In this document: in pieces, positions 1 to 12,400 of the stretch
Position numbering within the stretch: the first letter of the stretch is position 1
Layout: each line of letters begins with the position of its first letter
Source of the DNA: Sarea resinae
Lineage: Eukaryota
Assembly (NCBI GenBank): GCA_026026165.1
Contig: JAPEUD010000010.1
Span: forward strand, 496,001-524,575
DNA length: 28,575 nucleotides
Direction: 5' to 3'
Translations under genes and position numbers: made by a program
The notes under the pieces: generated by a model
Database searches by the model: none
Told to the model about the DNA's origin: nothing
Seen by the model: only the letters and a program-made list of their open reading frames with translations

Positions 1-1099
1 CGCCATCCTTCTCTTCATTGGAATGATCTTCCTTCCCGAGTCTCCCCGTTGGCTGGCCCGCAAGGACCGATGGGAAGAGGCTGCAGCTGTCCTCACCCTT
101 GTTCACGGACATGGAGACCCGAACAGCCCCTTTGTCACCGCAGAAATGCAAGACATCAAGGATATGTGCGAATTCGAGCGCAACAACTCCGATGTCACCT
201 ACTTGGAACTCTTCAAGCCCCACATGATCAACCGCACGCATATTGGCATCTTCACCCAAATCTGGTCGCAATTGACTGGTATGAACGTCATGATGTACTA
301 TATTACCTGTAAGCCTGGACTGAATACCTCCTGGATGAGCTATTTGCTAATACCCGAACTAGATGTCTTCGCCATGGCTGGTCTCTCAGGAAACAACCTG
401 CTCGTCTCATCTTCCATCCAATACGTCATTAACGTTGTTATGACCGTCCCGGCTCTGATCTACGTCGATCGCTGGGGTCGTCGCCCAACCCTCTTGATCG
501 GTGCCATTCTCATGATGATTTGGCTATATGCCAACGCTGGTCTGCTTGCCAGCTATGGCCACTACGCTGGTCCCAACGGCGTCGACAATGTCAAGGAGGC
601 ATCCTGGGTCATTCACGGCCCCCCGTCCAAGGCCGTCATCGCTTGCTCTTACCTATTCGTCGCATCCTACGCTCCCACATGGGGCCCAGTCTCATGGATC
701 TACCCCCCAGAGCTATACCCACTCCGCGTCCGTGGCAAGGCTGTCGCGCTTGCTACCTCTGCCAACTGGGCTTTCAACTTCGCCCTCGGCTACTTCGTCC
801 CACCAGCGTTTGTCAACATCAAGTGGGAAGTCTACATCATCTTTGCCGTTTTCTGTACCGTCATGGCCATCCACGTCTTCTTCATGTTCCCGGAGACGGC
901 TGGTAAGACACTCGAAGAGACTGAGGCGCTCTTCACCGACCCGACCGGTCCCAAGTACATTGGCACTCTGGCCTGGAAGACACACGTCAGCTTCCAACGC
1001 GCCGCCCAATTTGAGGCTGGCGACCTGGAGAGCAAGCTGGACACTTATCATCATGATGAGTCTCCCGAGAGGGCCGTGGTCGAGCCCGAGAAAATCTAA
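1..1099 (+). CDS. MFS sugar porter, high-affinity hexose transporter (HGT1/HxtA-like); 5' end outside window; exons <1-308, 363-1099
   Basis: Sugar-porter motifs PESPRWL, QIWSQLTGMNVMMYY, DRWGRR, WGPVSWIYPPELYPLRVRGK and FPETAGKTLEE. Intron 309-362 (GTAAGC...GCTAAT...CTAG); splicing restores YYITYVFAMAG. Confidence 0.95.
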   Translation, partial: AILLFIGMIFLPESPRWLARKDRWEEAAAVLTLVHGHGDPNSPFVTAEMQDIKDMCEFERNNSDVTYLELFKPHMINRTHIGIFTQIWSQLTGMNVMMYYITCKPGLNTSWMSYLLIPELDVFAMAGLSGNNLLVSSSIQYVINVVMTVPALIYVDRWGRRPTLLIGAILMMIWLYANAGLLASYGHYAGPNGVDNVKEASWVIHGPPSKAVIACSYLFVASYAPTWGPVSWIYPPELYPLRVRGKAVALATSANWAFNFALGYFVPPAFVNIKWEVYIIFAVFCTVMAIHVFFMFPETAGKTLEETEALFTDPTGPKYIGTLAWKTHVSFQRAAQFEAGDLESKLDTYHHDESPERAVVEPEKI

Positions 1100-1821
1100 G
1101 TTTCTGGTCACGGATCTTAAACATCGGTCGGCGTACATGTGTATATAGGAGGTCATGATTTGACGTTTTTCTTTAGCCTACTTTAATGAATGAATCCTGG
1201 GACTTCTTGAGACGACTGGAATTTGAATGCCAGTGAAAACGATGGTGCAGAAGATGAAGATGATGATAATGATGATGATCGTGACCATGATTGATCGTGA
1301 CCTCATGAACCAGATCCTTCGATTTGTTGATTGCTCTTTGTGGTGTTGTTCACCGTCACGTATTCGAGTATTCTCGTTCCTCGAATGCGATTCATATTCT
1401 ACTCACGGTTGATGATGCATGTGGATGACGATGCTTGCTGCCCCACCTACGTGACCTACCTGACCGTCGCCCATGCCATCTCGCTTAGTTACATACGTGC
1501 TTCCCGGCCCCTCCATCATTCTTGGGCCGATATCCATTATCCATGCCACCAGTCTGATTACAGCTTCAGCCTTACAACCTCGTGGAATGTACAGGACCGA
1601 CTGCGTTCGTACCGTGAGATGTGAGCAACTGTCTGAGGAGGTGTTCTAGAAGGCTATCAGAAATGCTGTACTGACACTACCTGTCTAGCAAGCCTTTGTT
1701 CGACCGAGCCCTTCCCTTACTCTGTCCCTCTCGAGCTCTGTTGAGCTCTTGTTGATCCACCTCCACCTCCACCTCCACCTCCTACAATCCTTTCATCCTG
1801 CGACCCGGTGGATGCGCAGAT

Positions 1822-3720
1822 ATGCCCCCAGCATACTCTCCGGCGCAGAGATCTGCTATCGCCAACTTTGCAAGTTTCACCGGCGTCAGCAATACCGTCG
1901 CTGCGAGAGTAAGGGAGCTCCTTTGTCTCCGGAAGCTTTACATACCCCCCATCGAGCCATAGAGACTAATTCGTTTCTTCCATATAGCGCCTGAGGGCAC
2001 ACGGGTGGGACCTCGAAGTTGCAACAGATGAGTATGTTCTTCCGCTTTCCTTTGCCCCCCTTCGGCGTCTTCCACATGCGTGTGTTCTGTGCTCCCAGAC
2101 ATCTCTTATGGTTCTCGGCATCGATGCGTCGAAAGGAAAACCACTGGGACACTTCAAGGACAAAGGATCTTCATGAAGCTATCTACAAGCGCTATGAGAG
2201 TGCAGTTGCTATACACTTGAACCACTCTAGAACCATTTTGTCTTCGGCGCATCGACAAGATGGACCCAGAAAAGCGTCTAGCTCAATATGAGTCCGAGAG
2301 GGCGCGAGCATTCGAGCAATTTGGTCATCATCATGCGCAACAAACAGACCTCTGAGATGGGCGTGGGGAACTTCGACGCGCTGAAATGCCGTTTCTTCAT
2401 GAGTTGAATCGGAATACAATATCTGGAAAGCCCTACTCATATGGAAAGTCGAAAAGGAGGGGCTCGACATACCAACCCCGCAAGGCGCAAGGGCTGGATT
2501 GGAAACCATACCGCGAGAGAGTTGCACCCCTGTCAAGTCTCAAAAAGGCAAACTCTACAGTGCCAACACCTCAGGGATGGAAGTAGAGTTCCAACCTCTG
2601 CAAAATCAAGCGTACGTCGAGTCTCAGAAATGAGAAGTCTGCAGAATTGCAGCTCCGACTGAGAAGACGGCACTGTCGAACCGATTATGCTAGAGGACTT
2701 GCACGAGTACCGTCAATGAACATTATTCAATCTCAGAATATCTCTCAAATGCCGTCTCTAATGCCTCCAAGAAGACCCTACCGGAGACAATGTTGTCCTG
2801 AATTCTACTTCGAGCCAAGCCATGGACGCGCAAGGGAATGCTAGTCGCCAATCTATCGATGAAAGGCTGTCTTTGGTGGAAGAGTATGCTAACAAGACGT
2901 CGGGTGAAAACAGCTTTTTTCAAAATCCAAGCGTGGCAAATGCCACGCCAGCGATGGCCAATACGCTCAATAAACTCTTCAACAAATATCGAGGTATGCT
3001 CTCGAGACTTCCCACATGTGTGTCAAGTCTGTCGGTCAAGGCGCTGATGTTCGTCGTTCTATAGATTCCCCCGAAGAATCGCCCGATACCATTGGCGTTG
3101 AAGGAGCGATGAAGTACCTTGGTGATCTCGGTGTCAACCTCGATGAGGTTACCGTCTTAGCAATTTCGGAGGCCCTCCAGGCGCCTACCATGGGGGAGTT
3201 CAACAGAGAAGGATTTGTAGATGGATGGCGGAGTCTCGAGTAAGCTCCTATCTAGCATGGAGCTCATTAGCGAAGTGCTGATGACCTTATCAGTGCGGAC
3301 ACTATCCCTAACCAACAAGCCGCCGTCTCACAGCTCCGTGCAAACCTAACTGCCGATCGCGAGCTTTTCAAGCGTGTCTACAAATATACCTTCTTCCTCG
3401 CCCGGCTTCCTGGTCAAAAGGCCGTTGCACTTGATGCCGCGATTGAGTATTGGCGTCTTCTCTTCCAGCCCCCGTCAGTCTCTTGGAACACGGACGAAAC
3501 CCCCTGGCTAGATTGGTTCATCGAGTTCCTGCAGAGCAGGTGGAAGAAGACAGTCAACCGAGACATGTGGGATATGACGTATGTCTTCTTCCAGCGAAGC
3601 ACCGAAGACGAGTCGATGAGCTGGTGGGATGAGAACGGAGCCTGGCCGGGTGTCTTGGATGACTTTGTTTTGTATGTCAGAGAGAAACGCGGTCAGGATG
3701 GACGGATGGATGTCGAGTGA
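1822..3720 (+). CDS. DCN1: Defective in cullin neddylation protein 1 (UBA-like N-terminus + PONY/cullin-binding domain); exons 1822-1908, 1988-2031, 2914-2993, 3065-3239, 3294-3720
   Basis: The spliced translation reads [47 protein letters not shown]...[10 protein letters not shown]...[15 protein letters not shown]...[16 protein letters not shown]...FKRVYKYTF...[18 protein letters not shown]...NRDMW...[14 protein letters not shown]. All introns are GT..AG with branch sites and compatible phases. Confidence 0.93.
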
Positions 3721-5298
3721 ATCAGACCTTGCCGGATCTCCTCTCGCGTTGATATGCAGCGTGACCCGTGCCAGCATCTCTCGAGCGACCTGTCTTGTCT
3801 ACGCATCTTCGGAGCGGGTGCAAGCGACGCACCCCTATGTGTGCTGCGATCTTGGCCCGGTGCCTTTCATTCCCCGGCGCTTATGGTCTCCACCGAATGG
3901 CGAAGAATTGATTGATTGACGATGATCGTATCTCTGTCTGTCTGTCTGTCACCCGCTGCCGTCGCTCGACCTACAGTAGGTAGGTACATGAAAGCATTGC
4001 GGGCCGAGGGGAGCCCTCCGTACCTGTTCGGGTCAGGTGGCTGGGGTGAACATACTGAGGTGAAGTACCTTTACCTACCGTAGCTAGCAAAAGATGTCCT
4101 CCACGCTTCTCCTCGTCCCCTATTTGGCTCCTACGTAGTAGATCATTCATTACACATCGCGTGCTTGAATGCCGATCGCGTACTCGTACTCGTACTCCAG
4201 AGCACTCATGGTATTGGAGTCGACCCGAATTGTGATTGCGATTGGGTCTACTACGAGTCCGTGATCGTTCTCTACTCTCTGGTGCGTGCCGGATCTCTGC
4301 GGCTGTGATCATCGCCGAGGACGATGTCGGTAAGGCCAGGTACTTTGTGGTCGGTTGTCACTACAGACATGGTCGAGGTCAGTGGTCGGTCCATGGGCCG
4401 CAGCGGGCGGTTCGTCGAGATCACGGTGCATATGCAGGCGCCAGATGGATCCATCCATGGATGGGTGGATGGATGATTGTTGCTGCTCCATCACATCACT
4501 CTAGAGTGGATGGATGGTGGCCGAGGGAACTGGTCAGTACGAAAGAACAGTCACAACACAGTTGCGCCGCTATGGAAAGATACCTCGTAGTACTCCGGAG
4601 TACATGGTTCATCACCGCTACGCGCCAGCTCTGCCTGTTCCCCCATGATGGTCGCCTCGTCACTGGCTACCACAGGTCTTGCAGGTCTTGCAGGTCTTTG
4701 CTCACTTTCCCCCCGCCAGCAAATCATACGTCGCCGTGGACCTCGGATCCCTGGTCGGCTGTGATGTCCTCTCTGACGCCGCCGCCCTGCTGGGAGGGTG
4801 CCTTCACGATGGTGATGGTGAGAGGGCAAGCTCTCCCTCGACCTCGATGGAGAGAGAGAGACACGGACAGACCTCTTAGTGTTTGGCCAGGATCCAGCCT
4901 TCTTCCACCCGCGAAAGCCAAACCGCGCACTTGACACCGTTCTGCTCTCGTCGGCGGCGCCCGTCTCTGCCAAAGCGCACCGACTCTCTTTTACTGACTT
5001 TGCCCCTAATTCTGATGCTTGAGTTTCATCGATGCGATCCAGCACGTTTGCAGTGTTCCTGTTTGATCGTTTGACCTGAGAAGATCGGTATCATCACAGG
5101 CTGATTGATGCTCCTGTCAGCGCTGACGCCTCCTTCCCAATTGGTACTTGCCCGCCGTCCCTCTGTATGACTGCTTCGTCTAGAATTGCTGATTTTGCGA
5201 GCCTTTGCGCAGCCCTGAGTGCGCTTGTGTCACGTCAACCAGGGGACACACGAAGGAGCAAGATCCAGTATATAACGACCAGCTGATATTCGTGCGCC

Positions 5299-6989
5299 AT
5301 GGACCCGCACTCTTCGGCCCATGGCTTCCGACATTCGCAATCGCAATCACCGTCGCAGTACGACCAGCAGGAATATCAACGCCGGCAGTATCAACTCTCT
5401 CAGCAGCAGCATCAACAATGGCAACAAGATCCTCAGCCCCAGAGCCTACCACATAATCGGACATGGCCTCGTACCCCGCGCTCTCCACCTGCCAATGTCC
5501 CAGCGACACTGCGTTTAGAGAATCCGCAGCTGCAGGTATCGCATATCAACGCCCGCGACATTCCCGATTCATACTTTGAGCGTGGAACGCATGATACTGC
5601 GCCTCGACAGGAACAGCGGCACGATATGTCTCCAGGCTATAGGGAATCTTATAGCGCATCGCCGCCGAACGTGCGTGCGCAAGACGATCAACACCAAGTC
5701 CACCCCACTCAAAGATTTTCGTTCATGCCATCAACTCCACCTGCACCCGAGGAGGAAGACCAATACAATAATGTCCATCCGGCTCAGAGAAGATCCTACA
5801 CCATGCCCTCTGGTCAGTCGTTGGCGCCACAAAACCAGCAATCGAATCTTTACAATCGAGATTCGATCCTCTTGACCCCAATCGAAATGTCGTCACCAAC
5901 ATTTTCTACCTTTACACAGCCTGTCCCCGCCGACCCAACGCCGGCGCATTCGATACCAACGAATCAACAACCTCATCAGATTCCCTTGCCGATGTCTCCA
6001 GACCCTTTTACAGCCCGCCATACCCCCTCTGAGAAACCTCCTATCGAAAATGACAACGCAGCATATCATTACCCAACAACACCCCCTCCAGGACCTCACC
6101 CTGCACAATTTGCTCCGTACGCAGAGCCAAGCTTCGACCCGCAATCAGCGCAGGGAGCACAAGCATTACAGACAGCACAATCAGCAGAACCATCACAGCC
6201 GGCCGAATCAACAGAACCAGCACAAGAATACCAACAACCTTCTTCTCCTGGGATTCCCCAATCTCCCGGCCCATTGCCCTTCAAGGACCATCACGAACCT
6301 GGCCTGAGCATTGCGCCTGATGTTGCCTACCACCAGACTTCCCAATCGGGGCCTATAGCATCGCCAGGATTTGCTCCTATATATAATCCAGAGGCATCGA
6401 CTGGTCCGAACGGCGCCATTCCCGAGAGCCATCAGCCGGGGCAGATTACCCATCCGAACATGCAGTCTGATGAGGGAGGGTGGAAGCATAGCCTCTTCGG
6501 CTGTACTGATGTTCCAGTATGCTGCATCGGGTTGTGGTGTCCCTGCATTCTGTATGGTAAGACCCAGTATCGGCTGTCACAACGGTCGGCCAAGAAAGAT
6601 CCGACCGATCTCCTGGGTTATGACATCTGCAATGGCTCGTGCACTCTCATGGCCCTTTTGTGCGGCTGTCAATGTTAGTCCCTCTTTGCATTCTGTCGAT
6701 ATGCAAACACCAGCTAATTATTTTTCATTTGGTATTAGGGATTCCGACCATCCTCCAACACTCTCGCATCCGTCGCTCGTACAAGCTCAATGGCAATTGC
6801 TTTGACGACTGCATCAAAAGTTTCTGCTGCGGCCAATGCCAACTCATCCGCGACGAGCTCGAGGTAAGAGACCGAGAACAGACTTCGCAGAGATGGGCCG
6901 GCCCTTCCGGTTCAGGAGGAGGTAACGCAGCTCCTTATGTGCCAGCGGTTGCTAATATGGTCTATGGGCCGCCGCCGTCAGCGCAATGA
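5299..6989 (+). CDS. PLAC8 (DUF614) family Cys-rich protein with long Pro/Gln-rich disordered N-terminus; exons 5299-6673, 6739-6989
   Basis: C-terminal WKHSLFGC...CCIGLWCPCILYGKT...RIRRSYKLNGNCFDDCIKSFCCGQCQLIRDELEV is the PLAC8 pattern. Intron 6674-6738 (GTTAGT...GCTAAT...TAG) joins LCGCQ-W-IPTILQ. Confidence 0.9.
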
Positions 6990-7737
6990 CGCATCTCTTC
7001 TGATTGGTCACGGAGTTACATTGATTTAACGCTTGCTTTTTTTTATAGCCATGTATAGGGCGCAAAGGCGATGATCTGGCTTGCTACTTGACCCCGCATT
7101 GGGACACTCTGAGCCCCTTTTCCTTTTCGTTTCAGCCCCATCGGGTCACTATACCACCATCCACCTGTCCATCTGGAATCTATTTTCATATTCTGTCATC
7201 CCGACCATCAAAGCGGCATTTTCTTATATATATCAATTTCTGGATCTTTGGTCTTCCAGATCTGGAGATAGAGGTGTGTTTGAGTGAAGAGGTCTCTCGT
7301 CGAGAGCGGTTGGCATGTCTCTAGATGCTGTAGCTATGACTACCACTAGCTTCGCCCTCTATTAATGACTCGATTAGATGCAGAATGGCAACATTGTTGG
7401 AGATCAACATCATGGGCTATTGATTGCTACTCTTCCCTTGATTGCATATGCTGTTCTGCTGGCACTCTTTGATTCGGGGATGACCGCAAATGCACACATC
7501 TTGCCGATCGAACGAGATTGTCTGTGACGCCGGTATCCATGAATTCAATTCATCGACGCATAGAAGGCTTGGCTGGGCTTGGCTTGGCTTGGCTCTGAAT
7601 CTCAACCCCGTCATCATCACCCTCATCATATATACCTATCCAATCCTCCCTTCCGCTTAGGTGTTGATGCTTTCGTGAATCTACGGATCAATCCGTGATG
7701 ATGTATGAATGTAGGTGGGTGAAAGGTGTGTCATTGC

Positions 7738-7785
7738 TCTCGTGGTCTCGTGGTCTCGTGGTCTCGTGGTCTCGTGGTCTCGTGG
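7738..7785. repeat. (TCTCGTGG)6 perfect 8-mer tandem repeat
   Basis: Read directly from the sequence. Confidence 0.95.
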
Positions 7786-9407
7786 ATCCCATCGACTCGC
7801 CCGGCGCCAGGTCCTGCCTACTATCTACCTTATCGAGAAGATTGATTCAAGATGGGTACATCCGCCACAGATAGATGCGCCAGGGTCCGGCCAGATCTAC
7901 ATTTCGGCGCTGAGGCGGGTCGGGTCGAAGCGAAGCGAAGCGAGGCGAGGCGTTTCATCGCCGTTCTCAACGTTACCTGAACTGGTCCGTTCTACATGAG
8001 CTCCAGCTGTTGATTACCCGCACGTCAGGCACTCGAGCAAGGGGGAAGGGCGTTCACGAGAAAAAAAAGAAAAGGCAATCGGGTGCAGGGAGTTGATCGA
8101 AAGCAGTCGCCGCGAAGGGCAGGGAGAAGAGGTGGATAGATTATCGCTCGAATGCGGAGTGATGGCTGCCGTTACGTGGTGTCGTGCTCACTGAGTGAGT
8201 GGCTGGGACGGACGAGGGGGGGGGAGGGGTGGGCTTTCTCTACGCCGCTTGCGCGCGTCATGCGTCTACCTGGGACCCTTGATTCGATTGTCAGCCTACG
8301 GGTGGAGTATGAGCTGAGCGATCTTCAGCCTTTGCTCGTTCCCCACGGGAATAATAGGCTCCATCTGTTCACCAAGGGAGCGCACAGTGCGGCAGCACTT
8401 TGACTGATACCGGCAGCATGGATATTTGGCCTTGGCCTACATTGTCTGAAAAGCACCCCTGTTGATGTTATCGGCGTCACCTTACCCGCTGTCAGAGATC
8501 CTCAAGCGGATTCCGTGGTATGGCACCATCTATTTGGACCTTCAGCCTTCCGATCGCCTCCTGATCTGAACCACCCGAGTCCCCTGTTGAGACCTGGTAC
8601 CTGAGCCGTACCTCGACCAGAGAGTTTTCTTGTGCTTGCTTTTCATGTATGTATGAAAATTCTGCACGTTTATCGCGGTTATGGAGGCAGGGCGGTATTC
8701 ATTTGGACCTTTTTGAGTGTTGATCTGCGTGCAGACGGCCTTCAAGCTTCCCACCTTCCTAATCCAGGAATGCGAGTCAACTCTTTCGGGAGTTACAACG
8801 GCATGCTGTAGATTTATCTATGCGTCGTGGTCACCTGCGTTTTGCCTTCTCTGGATGCCTGCTCCGGAGACACCGCACCCCACAGCTTGGTGCCTCGATA
8901 GTACCTTAGTCAGGAATTATCCCGTGCCCTTGCTACATGAGTCCTGCATCCTATTGCGCTTACGGGCTGATTCGGGCATTTCTGTTGGTCGGCGTCCTTT
9001 TATCTTCCTATTTCGAGATCCTGGGCTTCTAATCCGGGAGTGCGGGAACTATCCTGTAGCCTGGCGGAGGAAGAGTACGTCGGGGTGGTCTTCATTGTGG
9101 GGCTGGGTATGCTGCCCGCGCTTGCGCGACGACCCCCAGCAGAGGGGGGCTGGAGCTTTGCGTACGGGGTGGACACCTGTGCACCTTTGCCAGTGGGGCT
9201 TAGCTCACCGTTCGTCTGAGATTCCGGTCAGAGGAGATGCTCACTTTCCATATATGTTTGTTTTCTGGTCGATAGAGATGCACTTCTTGCTTCTGCTTCG
9301 TGTCGCCTTTTAGTCCTCTTTTCAGCCTCTCGGTCCCTTTTAGGACGGGAGTATTCTGATTGTTTATTCCTTCGTTTGTCCGGCGGGATAGCAGCCCTGC
9401 CGTTCTC

Positions 9408-12400
9408 ATGGCCGGGAGCGTGCTATCCGAACATGAGGGCCAGCCCCTAACTGATGGACTTCGAGGCGCTCGGGCTTTGTTTGGACTTGATCCCGCATTT
9501 GAATTCAAGTGTTTTGGAACGGGAAGAAAAGGCCCATGTGGCAGGACCGTGGGGGAACCGAAACGCACAGAAATTGGAGACGTCCTTGATATTATTGACG
9601 CAGCTTCGAGTTACGGTGGTGCTGTCGTCAAGGCCATAGAGATCGCATCACGGAATCTCTACTGTTGTTATCACCACGATCAAGCCGAGGATCTAGCCAG
9701 TGAATGGAGGGAGAAATTAATTAGGACTCTCCCTAACTCCTCCCGGTCGCCGGTCCTCGAGAAGCCCAAGGGAGGTGTGGCGGAAGCTCCACAGACTCCG
9801 TCGCCCCAGAACAAGTCTCAACGAAATCACTATCCACAATCACCGACAGCACGATCGGTAGTAGGTGATGATTCGCCCTCACAGAGGGAAGACACTACCT
9901 CTCTACGACCTCCGGCTGCCTGGAAAGGACAACGCAGTCCTTCTTCCACGAGGAGAAATTCGCATGGCAGCCTTCCTTCGACGCCGGCCAGCAGCCTGGG
10001 AGCCCGCGATGACTCGCCCACCTCAGACGTGTCTTCTATCTTTTCAAGACGTAGTCGCAGTTCGAGCCCTTCGACTCCTGCGACCAGCCCTCCGAACGCC
10101 AAGGGTGGCCTGGTTGAGCAGGAATCGCCCCTTGCTCGACGTAGGACTCGGAGTTCTGTCCATGGCTCGAGTGGAACTCTTCTGTCTTCTGCGGATGAGG
10201 CGGATGATTACACCAGCCCGAACAGGCAACTGGATTATGGGCGTGCTCCTGGTGCTCCCAAGAAAGATGAAAGGACAGACCTGAGAAAGAGTGCACGACT
10301 AGCTGGAGAGGACCCTCCTAGAAACGAGGTCAAGAAACCCAGATTTGTGCCTTACCATGAGCCATTGACATCATTGATAATCGCTCAGAAAATCAAGCGC
10401 AGACTCACTGGCACCCTTGGCGTTAAAAGTTTGGGAAAGGGTTACGTTTACACTTTCACACGGGATGAGGACCCTGGATTTATAAAGCTGGGCTTCACGA
10501 GAGTCCACTCCGAGGGCCGCGTAGAAGGATACCGTCAATGTGGGAATTGCACTGCATATTTGAAGTCTTCGGAAGATACACCTCACCCTTACCACGTGGA
10601 GCAACTGGTCTTCTCAGAGCTCGCGCCATATCGACGAAAAGAGTCGTCTGGGTGCAACGGAGGCAATGGGTGCGGTAAAGCGCACGAGGAATGGCTCGAG
10701 ACTTCCCAAGAGAAAGTCCGGGATGTGCTTGCGCACTGGCTTCAATTTGCAAAATATTATCCTTATGGAAGCGGTAGATACTTGACGAAGAACTGGACAG
10801 AGCACTTGATATGTGTCACAGATGCAATTCGGCTCGGCAAGGAAGTTTGCTGGAAAGACTGGATCCATGCATTTCAGGAGAAGGAGTCCCCTTCTATCGG
10901 CCCGACTTTGTCGATCTTTGAGTCCGCTGCGAGCGTGGCAATTGAGCCTGAAAGAGCTGTGAAGAAGGCCGTCGAAAGCGTGAAAAAGTCTGCTGTCAAG
11001 AGCAGGAATTCGAAGTTCAAGGAGTTAATGTCCAGCGGTTACGAAGAGCCTATCCCCTCTGCACATAATCTCAAGCCAGAGTCAACGCCTCGCCCTCGTT
11101 CGAGGTCTACGTCGGCAATGGAAAGAGCAACTCCCGGAACAAAGCCGACTCTGTACGAAGACACTATCGCCCAAATTCGAAGCAGTCAAACCAGTTCTGG
11201 GTGGGGGATGTCAAGTTCGAATGCTGTTCCAGAAATAAAGGTAGAAGAAGCAGATTCGCTGCTCACAGAGGTAGCTCAGATATCAGCAGACCTCGAGGGC
11301 GACCTTGAAAGGAGTGAAGCCGAGGAACAGCGAGAAGCTGGTGATCGAACGCTCTCAACGTCGAAGGAGCCGGATCCGAAACCACTCGATCTATCATCGC
11401 AGGAAGCGGACCTGGCGTTTGCGCTTTCAGTGCAGGAGTCTGTAGTCTGGAGTGCTCAGTCAGGACCATCAAGGGCCGCCACTCCGCTGATCGAAGACGA
11501 TCAAGAGAAATCATCCTCCCCATTAGGTATCAAGTCTGAAGATGTCGCGGCGGCTTTGACGAAAGGAATAGAGAGGAGTGACGCTCGGGTCAAGACCGGA
11601 CCGTCCGAGTTGAGTAAAGGTCTTCCTCGAAGCCCACTTCTCACCGGATTCGTTCGAGAATCTGCCGCCGAACCGGGATCGGCATCCGTTGAGGCTGGTA
11701 CCAAGCAGCCAGGGGACCTGACACCACCGCCGCAGAATCCATGGGAGGCGTCGACAAAGCCCCTCAAGGACGTCAAACCCGGAGAGATTACAGATATGCT
11801 CTTCGAAGGCACCTTGAAAGGCGAGTCTGTCACTCAGCTCGACGCCTGTGATCAGGCTCTTCATGATGTTCTGGATCCGACGACTGCGTCTGGCTCGACG
11901 ACGAGCTCTCAATCCAGTGGCAGTGGAGAGGCTTTGAACGCCCCACCTAATACCCCACCAGCAGCCGTTGCCACCGCCGTCAATGACAAGTCGACGTCGG
12001 CCTCTGAGTCCAGCAGCCACGCCCACCCCTATCTGCACTCTCCTGTCCCCCGCGCCATCTCAACTTTCACTTTCTCGGCACAAGACTTTGCCAACAATGC
12101 TTTCATGGCTCCCGCATGGTCAGCTGGCAATATTGCCGCCCCTATCTCAGCCTCAGCCGCTGCCGCTGCCGCGACCGCTGCCGTTACCGCCAGCCACCCC
12201 CCCCCGTATCTGCACTCTCCTGTCCCCCGCGCCATCCCATCTTTTACTTTCTCGCCACAAGACTTTGTCACCACCACCACTGGTACACCAAAAGTTGCCC
12301 CGGCACCCAATCTCGCACCGCCGCCGCCAATCCCACCGAGACCTCAAGATTGGCGTCCCGGTCACTCGGCAGCCGCGACATCCCTACCATCTCTACCGTC

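Noticed and set aside
2032..2913. Intron-hosted C/D-box snoRNA or tRNA
   Set aside because: No RTGATGA...CTGA box pair or tRNA cloverleaf was seen by eye; an H/ACA RNA cannot be excluded without a search.
4236..4934. 232-aa ORF (+) and overlapping minus-strand ORFs
   Set aside because: Non-ATG start, Arg/Trp/His-rich shadow-like composition, runs through short simple repeats and has no recognisable domain; probably intergenic or PLAC8 upstream sequence.
7738..7785. Regular repeat as a possible CRISPR or telomere-like array
   Set aside because: An 8-bp unit with no spacers, in a eukaryotic context and not TTAGGG-like; it is a simple microsatellite.
8717..9313. 198-aa ORF (+)
   Set aside because: GTG start, atypical Cys/Trp-rich composition and no motif; more likely the promoter/5'UTR of the T5orf172 gene.
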